From: Craspedostauros australis | Taxonomy: Eukaryota | NCBI GenBank assembly: GCA_030167865.1 | Contig: JALAGF010000885.1 | Coordinates: 1 to 55,713, forward strand | Direction of reading: 5' to 3' | DNA: 55,713 nt | Shown: one piece after another, positions 10,097 to 20,248 of the stretch | Layout: every line of letters starts with the position of its first letter | Numbering within the stretch: the first letter of the stretch is position 1 | The notes under the pieces: generated by a model | What the model saw: the letters and a program-made list of their open reading frames with translations, nothing else | Told to the model about the DNA's origin: nothing | The model's database searches: none | Translations under genes and position numbers: made by a program

Positions 10097-11691
10097 TTAG
10101 CTTGCTTTCTTGCTGACATGGCTGCTGCCCATTCGCAATGACGATGTTGGCGATGTCAGTCTCAAGTAGGAATACAGAAGGATCGCAAACATTGTGTTTG
10201 AGAATGCAGCAAACTGAAAGACCCCCTGCGTTCCAAACATGTCCTTCATGAATCCATTTACCACGGCTCCGCTGGAACGCCCGATTCCGTTGTAGCATGC
10301 ATTCAATACCATGAGCTGTTGTTGGTACGAGTAGTCAAAGGGTGATTGAATGAGGAAACGCGATGAAGGAAGACGAAGATGTGGAACGTGTGAGTTTGTT
10401 ATTGCTCTTTGGACATGTCCATTCAATTCATGACACATTGCAACGCAATTCATGACATGGCACAACTCACGCTAGTCGCCGTGTACTCGGACGACACGAC
10501 GTTGGTCGCATGCACGCTGGACGACGCCCAAAAGAATCCATACGACATGCCACGCAGCATGTCGGCAAGGTAGGCATGATGCGGCGCCGTCATCCATCCG
10601 TACATCCAGAACCGCAACGACACCGCCACGAGGCTGATGGTCAACGTCGTCCCAATGGAGCGATCGTTGTGTGGCAGCATCGTGACGACGAAGGCTGCCA
10701 TCGTGGAGAGGAAGCGACAGATGCCCATGTGGATACCGTTGCCGCCGATTTCTTGCAGACGCACGAATCCGAAGCTTTCCGAGATGGCGGACGAGGATCC
10801 CAGCCACGCGATGATGGCGAAGAAGAGGATGGTGTCACTGGTGAAGTTGGAGAATATGGATCGACGCAGGGCAGGATGCGGCGTCGCCGATTTCTTTGTG
10901 GTCGTCGCGTTTGCGGCGGCAGTTGACGTGGCGAGCAACCAGACGACGGGCAGGTGCAATGCCCCGTGCAATTGGAACAGGTATCGGAAACCACGTTGCG
11001 GATCGCTGTCGGTGGACGCGGCATTCCAGATAAATCCACCCGCCGCGTTCGCAACTCCGTATCCGATGAGACCGTATATCCTCACTTTTCCAAAGTACTT
11101 GGTGTTGTCGTCGCTATCGGCGCCTGATGCGCGCAGGCATTTCATGCACATGGAATCCAAGAGTGGCTTGATGGAGGAACCGAAGAGCGCCGTGATGGCG
11201 ACGATCGTCGATACCAAGGCATATGATTGCGATGGAATTTCTATTGTTGCTCCTGCGTCCGTCGTTGCTGCTGTTGATGTGACGAAGCACAGAAGCAGAT
11301 TCCCAACCACGGCGCTCACAATGAGGCACAGCAGCACGATGGACGCATTGTTCGTCTGATCAAAGTAGTAGCCGCAGAAGGGCGCCATGAGGACCGTGAC
11401 GGCTGGCGTGATGGCGCCCAACGAGCCGATCGTCTTGCCATTGTAACCCAAGGAATTGAAGTAGAGCGGCAGGTACGGCTGCAGTATCCCCAGTGCCGCA
11501 AAGTAGGAGACGTAGAGGATCCGCAGACGTCGAATTGTTGCGTTCGCAGGCTTCCGTATCGTTGCAGTCGACTTGTCATCAACGCTCTCGGTTGTGCTTG
11601 TGCCTGTGGTCGCATTTGTGCTTGTATTTGTGGTCGTATTGGTGGTTGTGGCCGCCATCGTAGCCGCCATTGTGACTGTCTCGCTTGTCAT
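10097..11691 (-). CDS. Major facilitator superfamily transporter, MFSD6/MFS_1-like; 2 exons
   Basis: Exons 11691-10471 and 10315-10097, with a GTGAGT donor and CAG acceptor (phase 0). Multiple hydrophobic helices and the motifs LQPYLPLYFNSLG, FGKVRIYGLIGYG and LRGMSYGFFW. The start codon is uncertain (11691 or 11670). Confidence 0.85.
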
Positions 11692-12245
11692 CAATGCACA
11701 GGAATGCCCAAACGCTTGGTCCGTCCAATCCAATGCCTTCTTCAGCAACTGAGGATGAGAATTGTGTGGGTTTCGTGTCTGGGATGCCCCAGGATTGTTG
11801 CGGTCGTATTTGTGGTTGTGGTCGGCTTGATCTGTTCTCTCCGTTTTGATGTTTGGTTGGTTGGATTTTGCGTGGCAAAATGTGAGAGATCCGATTGATT
11901 GGATCGCACGAGTCAAACCGAGTCATCTTACTCTCTGCTCTCATCCACGACTAAAATGCCTTTGACGTTCTTCCGTCTCGAGATCCCTTCGCTTTCTCTT
12001 TGGTCGTTCTTCGTTTGTCCATTGCCACGTACGAACGCTCATGGTCGTGTTGATGATGATGCCATCATGATCTTCAGTGGTGGTGTTCGTGTGGCTCCAT
12101 CAATGGTGTGCACGGAGGCTGGATGTGCAACCGACGCGCAATCAAGCACATGAAGTTGTCGAAACAAAGACGACACGGTCACAAGTCCATTCTGCGACAC
12201 CATCCGTGCGATCGCATACGAGCTACCGCAACAATAGCCGCAGGA

Positions 12246-13724
12246 ATGAAGCAAAGCGCATCATTTGCGTGCCTGGCGGCGTGGTGGTTGCTGTGCTCGA
12301 TCAGCATCAGTGGTCACAGCCCCAGGTCAAGCAACAGCGTCAGTTACGGTCCCGTTGGAGTCTCTGCGTTCCAACCATCGAGGATCTCCAATCGTGCGCC
12401 ATGCACACAGCTGCCATCCTTCTCGGTCTCCGTCGATGAGATCGAGAAGGACCTCACGCCAGGCGAGCGATCGGTGACTGGCGTGGTGCGCAAGTGCGGT
12501 GCATCTGTGGCCTTCGTCACGTCCGTCTTGCCAACCCCGTCCTTCAGCACCAACAGGCGCACAAGCAGGCAGCAGAGCGGCGGCGGCAAGAACAGCAAGA
12601 AGAAAGAGAACGGTTTGCCGCAAGGACAGTCGCTGGGATCGGGATCAGGATTCCTCACGACGCCTGGGTACGTCTGCACCAACTACCACGTCATTGAACG
12701 TGCGTATACCATGCAGCAGACTGGAAAGCAGGCCATGCAGTTTGGTCATGATCTCATTGGCAATATCACGGAGTCCACCGCATCCTGGTCGTTGCTGCCT
12801 TCCAACATCAATCAGACGCTTACCGATGCCTTCCGCAACCTCGTCAATCAGACCAGCCTGCCGATGGTCTACGTCCGCATCAACAGCGACACCAGCTATC
12901 TGTCATGCCGAATCGTGGATGTGGAACCGGATCTTGATTTGGCGGTTCTCAGGGTTGAACAGCGTGCTGGAGACAACGATGGTAACGATGATTCCGAATC
13001 GTCGTCGCCATCCACAAACAGCGACACGTGGAACACTGTATCATTTGGATCGTCGTCCGACCTCCTCGTCGGACAATCGGTCGTCGCCATCGGCAATCCA
13101 TTCGGACTCGACAAGACCGTCACAACGGGCGTCGTCTCCGCCCTCAACCGCGAATTGAAAACGGGCGACCAAAATGCTGTCGCGCCAACCAAAACGATCC
13201 GCAACTGCATCCAAACCGATGCCGCCATCAATCCAGGCAACTCCGGCGGACCGCTGCTCAACCTCAACGGCGACGTCGTCGGCATCAACACGGCCATCAT
13301 CACGACGTCGGGCAGCAACGCCGGCATCGGATTCGCCGTGCCCAGCGATCAGCTCAGCCCCGTCGTGCAGCAGATCGTGCGCAAGGATCAGATCGAGCGC
13401 GATGATCAGAAACGTGGGTGGTTGGGCGTGCAGATCGCCATGAACAATGCGACAGCTGCCCCGCTGCGCATCGCCAAAGTGTCTCGCAATTCGCCCGCGC
13501 AGAAAGCGGAGATTTTTGGCATGCGGGTGGATGAATACGGGATTTTGAAGGGTGGCGATGCGCTCGTGGCAATCAACGGCAATGCCGTCGTGACCTTTGA
13601 AGATTTTCAAAAGCAGATGGATCAGTGCATGGTCAAGGAACAGATCACGTTGACGGTGGAGGATCTCATCAACAAGGAACGTCGCGTGGTCTATGCGACG
13701 TTGGAGGAGAGGCCTGGTCTCTGA
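12246..13724 (+). CDS. Deg/HtrA serine protease (trypsin-like domain plus PDZ), plastid Deg1/5/8-like
   Basis: Catalytic triad contexts TNYHV, DLAVL and INPGNSGGPL. Also GSGSGF, LLVGQSVVAIGNPFGLD and a C-terminal PDZ-like region (GWLGV...SPAQKA...GDALVAINGNAV). The N-terminus is a hydrophobic signal followed by VSAFQP. Single exon; ATG 12246 is preferred over the upstream ORF start. Confidence 0.93.
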   Translation: MKQSASFACLAAWWLLCSISISGHSPRSSNSVSYGPVGVSAFQPSRISNRAPCTQLPSFSVSVDEIEKDLTPGERSVTGVVRKCGASVAFVTSVLPTPSFSTNRRTSRQQSGGGKNSKKKENGLPQGQSLGSGSGFLTTPGYVCTNYHVIERAYTMQQTGKQAMQFGHDLIGNITESTASWSLLPSNINQTLTDAFRNLVNQTSLPMVYVRINSDTSYLSCRIVDVEPDLDLAVLRVEQRAGDNDGNDDSESSSPSTNSDTWNTVSFGSSSDLLVGQSVVAIGNPFGLDKTVTTGVVSALNRELKTGDQNAVAPTKTIRNCIQTDAAINPGNSGGPLLNLNGDVVGINTAIITTSGSNAGIGFAVPSDQLSPVVQQIVRKDQIERDDQKRGWLGVQIAMNNATAAPLRIAKVSRNSPAQKAEIFGMRVDEYGILKGGDALVAINGNAVVTFEDFQKQMDQCMVKEQITLTVEDLINKERRVVYATLEERPGL

Positions 13725-13918
13725 GTATGGTACGAAAAAAGCAATCAGGCAATCAAGCAGGCACTCTCTGGAGCGATGAGTGCGAACAGAAGGAACGAGA
13801 TGCGATGACTCTGTCGAGAGAAAGACGTTGCTGCTTAAATAATCCCAATAGATTCTGCAGGTACGAGCACGCTACGCTTATCAGCAGAGTAGTAGCAAAG
13901 CGCCTGCTTCAATCTCCG

Positions 13919-15969
13919 TTACAGCTTCTTCCGCGACGCCCCCGCCTCGCTTCGCACCGTCTTTCTTGGCAAGATGGCTGTTGGATTGCGAAAGTTCGAC
14001 TGCTCCCTGCGAAAGAACAGGTAGGCAATCACAAATCCCACAAAGCACAGATCGAATGAGGCGGCGCACAGGAACGTCTGGACTGTTCCTAGCTTTGACT
14101 GCAGCTTACCACCGATGATGGCTCCCAACGATTGTCCCAGTCCACCGTACATGGCATTTAGAAACATGAGCTAAGATATGTTGGTTTGTGGAGCACATGT
14201 TCAAAAGTATACGAAATGAAAAATGAAGGTGTCAGCATGCATCAAGTGAATGACAAAACAATGATGGCATCATTCATGATTTCTCCCCAGTAGCAAACAG
14301 CACTTCAAACAACCACCTGTCCACCATTTTCCCCACCCCATTCTATTCAATGGAATTGTCAATTCCATCAATCGTCCCACGAGTAGCACGGTAGACTCAC
14401 CATCGTCGCTCCCATCCCAGGCGGAGCGATTTTGCTGGCGTAGATTGTCCCGGTGCTCCAGAAGGCCGCGAATGTCACCCCTCGCAACGCTTCGGCCGGT
14501 AGACCATGATACGGATGCTTCATGAATGCGTAAATGATGAACCGCAGCACGTAGCTCGCGAGGCTCAGCACGATGACGCGGTCTGCTCCCAGCATGGTCG
14601 TCAGGGGACCCGAGAACCAGAACATGGGTGCGCCCGCGGCCGATGAGATCAAACGGCTCAGGCCCATGTCGCGGCCAGTGCCTCCGACCTCGCGGATGCG
14701 GACGTAGGCGAAGTTCTCAATCACGCCGCTGGAAACGCCGACGACGAAGACTAGGAAGAAGAAGAGGACGGCGTCGCTGTTGTGAAAGACGATGGAGATG
14801 CCGTCCCAAATACCGACGGTGGTGGCCTCCTTTTTCGGCTTACTGTTGCTGTTGCTGTCACTGCTACTGTTGTTGGCTCCCTTCTGGTTCTTGTTGGTCG
14901 CCAACAACCCACCCTGTTGCTGCAACTGTTTGGAACCATTCTCGACTTGCATCTGATGGAATGCCCGTATGCAGAACCACGTTGGAATGGAGAGCACGGC
15001 GTAGGTGAGGAAGAGGAGCTTGTACCCCGTCAATGACTGCCAGAAGTTGAGTATCCGCTGGATGGTGGTCTCGTCCAGTTGCGGGTTGTACGCGCGATGC
15101 TTGCTCTTGCTGAGGAGGATGCCTACCCCGCTGCTGCCAATTCCGAATCCCAGCTGGCCCCAAAGTCGCAAGCGCCCGTACTGCGATCGGTCTTGCAGAT
15201 TGGCCATGACCATGGAGTCAAGGAGAGATTTGACGGGCGCGTTGAAGAATGCCGTGATAAAGACCATCGTCATGATGTAGGTCGGATCATGTCGCCAGGA
15301 CACCATGAGCTGCCCCACCAACGATATGAGGAAGGTGAAGTACAGGACGACGAAGGGATTTCCGCTCTGATCGGAGACGATGCCCCAGAACGGTGCCACG
15401 AGGAAGGTGGTGAATGGTTTGATCGCACCGATCAACCCGATGATCTGTCCACCGTGTCCGAGGGAGTGATAATAGACGGGGAGGTAAGGCAGCAGAGACC
15501 CCAACGAGCCATAGTAGGTGAGGAACATCAACCGGATGAGGAATAGGATTTTGGGATCATCCTTGGTCGAGTCCTTTCTGGCTTGGCCTTCAGCCTTGTT
15601 CTTGCTTTTGTTGCCAACGCTGGCGCCGCTGTTGCTACTGCTTTTGTAGCTACTGCTGTTGTTGATATTGCTGTTGCTGCTCTTGGTCCCTGTCTTCACT
15701 GACAACCACCGCCGTTGCTTGCTGCCGGCATGCTTGGACCGTGCTGCTGATGCCGCTTTCTTTGATCCATCTTGCTGCAATCTTCTTCCACTCTTGCTCC
15801 TGCTAATTGCTCCGCCTCTGAATTGCAATGTTCCCAAGGCTGGTTCTCTGACGACTCTTTGGGACCCGATTTGATGAAGGTTGGCATCAACGGTGTTGAG
15901 TTGGATGATGGCGATCATCAGCAGTACATTGAGCAACAGGGGATACGCGACGCATCGTCCTGGGCTCAT
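13919..15969 (-). CDS. Major facilitator superfamily transporter, MFSD6-like, with a signal-peptide-like N-terminal extension; 2 exons
   Basis: Exons 15969-14401 and 14170-13919, with a GTGAGT donor and TAG acceptor (phase 0). Motifs LLPYLPVYYHSLG, YGRLRLWGQLGFG and AEALRGVTFAAFWS. The start may lie further upstream (ORF open to 16167). Confidence 0.9.
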
Positions 15970-16931
15970 CTTGATGCGCGAATATCTCTTCGTCTCGTTG
16001 CCATTGCTCCGTGTTTGTCGTGGTGGCTGTTTCAGCCGCGAGCTGTCCAAGATTGGGGTGGCAGGCATCATCGATGCCTGCATCTGTTGATGCATCTGTC
16101 GAATTGATGCCACAGTTTGATCTCTCGCGAGGGGATGGTGATCCAATAGTATGGATATTCGCTCCATACGCCAGATGTGCTGTGGCCAGCGTTTTGAACT
16201 TGCGAACGGTCGCCGAGCGAATCGATTGGTATGTCGCTGTGCGTATGACGTCGAGCACTCGATGCCGATTTGATGTGATGTTTGTGGGGGTCGTCGCAGC
16301 GGTCTTGTTGCTGTACTTGGTTAATTCGTATTCTATGAAGCTGTCGTTGAGTTGATGTTGGTGTTGGCACTGGCGTATGTATCGTTGTGATTGCAATTGC
16401 GGTGGCTTCTCTTCGATGGCACTTCATGCGTTGTGTCACTGTTCGGTTGATGTTGATGCGTTTCTTGATGTTGGCGTCGGCTCCAAAGATTCAACCCATC
16501 GAGATCAACCGATGCAACACAAGAACAACGAAAAGCGGGACCTGAGAAATCGGTGGCTCGCGAAGATTCGGGTGTTGGTATCGTTTTGTCGCGTCATCGT
16601 TTCTCGAATTTCTGAGAAACCAACAAACTCGCAACATGCATGTACAAATGGATAAAGTCGTCAATCCAACAGAGTAGTAGTACTCGTGGAGCAGGAAAGT
16701 CATCAGGGTGCCCTAATAAGCACTCGCACGTGGATTGCGTATGTACATGAAAAGGCTGCTCTATTCACACTTGTTCATACATGACCATTAGTCGGTCGCA
16801 ATCAACGCGATGAACAAACGACGCAATGCAATTTCGTCGTCTAGATAGATTCGATATCTATGTGATGTTCGTGACTGGATCATGTTGATGTATTTCGTGA
16901 CTGAATTTGAGCAACAAACCAAACCACCAGA

Positions 16932-17611
16932 ATGAGAAGTGAGCGAGTCATGATGGTCGCAACCACAAGACCATCACACCAACCCCAATCCAAACCACAA
17001 AGAGCCGAAGTCCCAGGCGCATACCCACGATACCTGGCTTGCAATCTTGCTCATCCAATCATCCAATCATACACTCAATTACATTAACAGATTGGCGTAC
17101 GACAAAGATCATGTCATCACTTCTGCCGAGAACGAGCTTGGAGGTACGTACATCCGGTGCCATGCATGGTGTGATGAATTCGTACACGCGCTTCCACGCG
17201 CTTGGTCAATCTCATCAGGACCACTCGCACATACTATACCAGCACGATTGCAACTCACATTATTGTTGTCCCTTCCTCGATTGCTACCATCTGTCCACAC
17301 CTACACATAATATTGGATGCATGAATGAATGCATGTGTTCGTAGATCTATCGCGACTGCCTGCGATTGATCAAGCATGTGGCACCTGGCCATTCCCCCAA
17401 GGCAATGGCATTGCGATCGATGGTACGGTCACAGTTCAAGGCGAAGATGTCGCTGACGGATGAAGCGCAGATCGAGGCCGCGAGGAGCGATGCCGTGCGT
17501 GCCTTGTCGAATTACATGCTGTACCAATCAGCGCAGAGCGATCCGCATTTGAAGAAAGCGATGAAAGAAGACAATCGTAAGACGAAGAAGGACAAGGGTG
17601 ATAGTCAGTGA
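16932..17611 (+). CDS. LYR-motif (Complex1_LYR family) mitochondrial protein
   Basis: Exon ending at 17143 (...LPRTSLE, GTACGT donor) splices to 17345-17611 (IYRDCLRLIKHVAPG...RSQFK...AVRALSNY), giving an LYR-like IYRxxLR motif and the downstream Phe. The start is either ATG 17111, or ATG 16932 via a 7-nt exon (16932-16938) spliced in frame to 17091. Confidence 0.8.
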
Positions 17612-18386
17612 CACAACAAGAGGTGGATCGCATGAGAAAGCATGGTGCATCGGAGATCATTGAAGAAGGAGATGGGGATCGGTTGTGACCTCCACTGCGT
17701 GTGTGCTGACGTCCCATCACTACAAAGAGGGATGGCTATGCTGGTGGTGCATTCGGTATGGACGGAGACTTCCAGACTGGTGATGATGATGCAGTTCTTC
17801 GTTGGGGAGTATGCGACTATCGCAATCACAGATTATTTGCACATGCACATCTGCGGAGAAAGCTATTGCGACTGATGGCAGGTCAACGAATTCGCTGGTT
17901 TGCAATTGACCCAGGCTCCCCAGCAGTCTCAGGGTGGTGTGCAATCCATGTACGTACCTACCATACGAGGATGACGATGGCCAACACGGACATAGTGCCA
18001 CAGTGCGCAGTAGCTCCTGCGAGTCGTCAGAAATCTCTCCCATCAAAGACTGATCACAAATGCAAAGACAACCTTGAACGCTTGCAGCGCCCGGATGCAC
18101 ACCATCAGCACAGCTAGCCGTACGAATACAAGTACACCACATACCATACCACACCAAACCTCACCTCACCAACAGTAACGTTCATGCTCATGTTCTTGTA
18201 GCGAAGCACAGCATAGCGAAGCAGGCTACAATACAGCACTGTACTCTATACACAGTACAATAATTCACACCAAAACGCATTGAGAATGTAAAACATGAGA
18301 TGCGCTAGTCCATGGCAATATTAGAGAATGATCGAGAGGATGAGGTGAGTTCCGTGGGTCACCCACACACGGAGGTCCGCTCGACT

Positions 18387-19157
18387 CTAATCCGCCTTCA
18401 GCTGGAACATGGTCGTCTCGATTCCATCCTTGGTGACGACGCAGATCTCCACCTGGTCACCGGTGTAGATGTCACGTTCCCCACACGAAAGGAAGACGTC
18501 CTTGACGAGCTCCACAACCTCCTCCTTGGGTATATCCCGCTTTTCGTCTGTGCGATTTCTGTGCGCGATGACGTTGTCCAGAAGCGGAATGACGTAGGCC
18601 TGTCCGCTGCCGGTGGCGGTGACCGCCGTGCGTTCGTACGAGCCGATGGCATCGTAGGAGTAGATGGCGCCCTTGCCCTCCTCGTCGATGCCGCCGAAGA
18701 CATTGAAGGCGTAGTAGGGGAAGAAGCGCTTGTAGTAGAGCGTGGTGGAGAGCATCTGAGCCACGGCCGGGGTGGACATCTCCTTCTGGTGGTCGTGGTG
18801 GTACATCTTCATCTTGATGTCCATGACGCTGCGTAGTTGGTCGACGTCGGTCTTGCACCCCGCGCTGCCCAGGATGCACTTGCTGGTCAGCGAGTGGAGC
18901 TTGGAGACGTTGCGCGACAGAATCTCGTACCCGCTGGACAGCCGAGTGTCCGCGGCGATCACTGCGTAGTCCTTGCCGGCGATGGCGATGCAGGTGCCGC
19001 CGTTGAAGTCGTACGGGCTGAATCGGTGCTCGATGGGGTTGCCTCGCGCCGCGTCCGCGGCACCGCCTGCGGTCATGCCGATGGGGACGTCACCCTCCGT
19101 CGATGCGATGTGGCCATGCGGCATGACCGCCGGAGCTGCAGATCGAAATGGCTTCAT
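18387..19157 (-). CDS. PSMB1: 20S proteasome subunit beta type-1 (beta6, Pre7 orthologue)
   Basis: Hallmark [46 protein letters not shown] and ERDIYTGD; C-terminus FQLKAD. Single exon from ATG 19157. Confidence 0.96.
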   Translation of the reverse strand: MKPFRSAAPAVMPHGHIASTEGDVPIGMTAGGAADAARGNPIEHRFSPYDFNGGTCIAIAGKDYAVIAADTRLSSGYEILSRNVSKLHSLTSKCILGSAGCKTDVDQLRSVMDIKMKMYHHDHQKEMSTPAVAQMLSTTLYYKRFFPYYAFNVFGGIDEEGKGAIYSYDAIGSYERTAVTATGSGQAYVIPLLDNVIAHRNRTDEKRDIPKEEVVELVKDVFLSCGERDIYTGDQVEICVVTKDGIETTMFQLKAD

Positions 19158-20248
19158 ATTGGTCTTCTGTTCCTTCGGATGCAGGTGGCTTCGTTCGTTC
19201 CTTGATGGGTGCTTGGTGGATGGCTTGGCAGAGACTGTTCTTGCTAGCAACAATGCTCGTAGTGTGGTTGTGGGGCGAGAGACATGTGACGAGCTGCATC
19301 CACAACGCGGCCACCAACACCGGCGCCACCATGGCCGATCCAAAATCACATCTTCCTTGTTGCTCTGTCGCTTTCTTGTCATGTCTTCGACTCGATTTGG
19401 GTTTTGGGTTGTTCGGAAAGGATCCTTTTCGATCGACACCCAACTTTCAGACAAGATGACAAGAACACAGATTTAGTCACATCAATCATCAGCGACTGAA
19501 AAGTGGACTCGATCGACCATTTCAACTGAATTTGATTCTGATTCTCGCGGACCCTTTCGACGACAACGAAATAACGGACATTGGCGGCAAATCGAGAAGC
19601 GCTCTCTATTTGTTTCGCAGTGTGCACTCTTTCAGCGTTTAAAAACAGCTGGTTTGAAGACGTTAGGATGCTTGGCGTGCTCGATTTTGAACTGTTATTT
19701 CATCCTCAACGCTGGAGGTACACCATTGCTAATCAAAGAGTCGTTAGCAAGGCAGGCGCAATTGCTGTTGGTGGGAGTTCTTCTGGTGGAGGCAAACGAA
19801 CACAAAACCAGGCAACCGACGATCGGCCACCAGTCCGCCAAACACACTCAAAAAGCAAATTGGCTGCCGCCGTTGGCCCTCGCAGATCTCATGACCGCGA
19901 GGCGGCAGACCGATCGACTGTGGTCCCGTGTCATCATCTTTTGAATGGAGGCAGGACACACACCAAGCCGGACCAAACCACATCAAAGCCAAAACGAAAT
20001 CGATGCACCCGAGGCGGCACAAGAGTGACATGGAGGCGAACTCAACAGAAGGCGAGGCGCAGAAACCAGGTTGGAGCACCAGCCAAAGCACAGATGCTCT
20101 CACAATCCGCAAACGCCGAAATCGACATTGACAGCAACATCGACTTCGACGCATTCATTTGGAACTCCACCTGCACCTGTGCCTCCACCTGCACCTACAC
20201 CCGCATCCGCATTCTCCTTTGACACCACCCACCCACGACGACGACAAT

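Noticed and set aside
19158-19454. N-terminal extension of the proteasome ORF
   Set aside because: Non-ATG start, and PSMB1 homologues need only the short propeptide beginning at ATG 19157.
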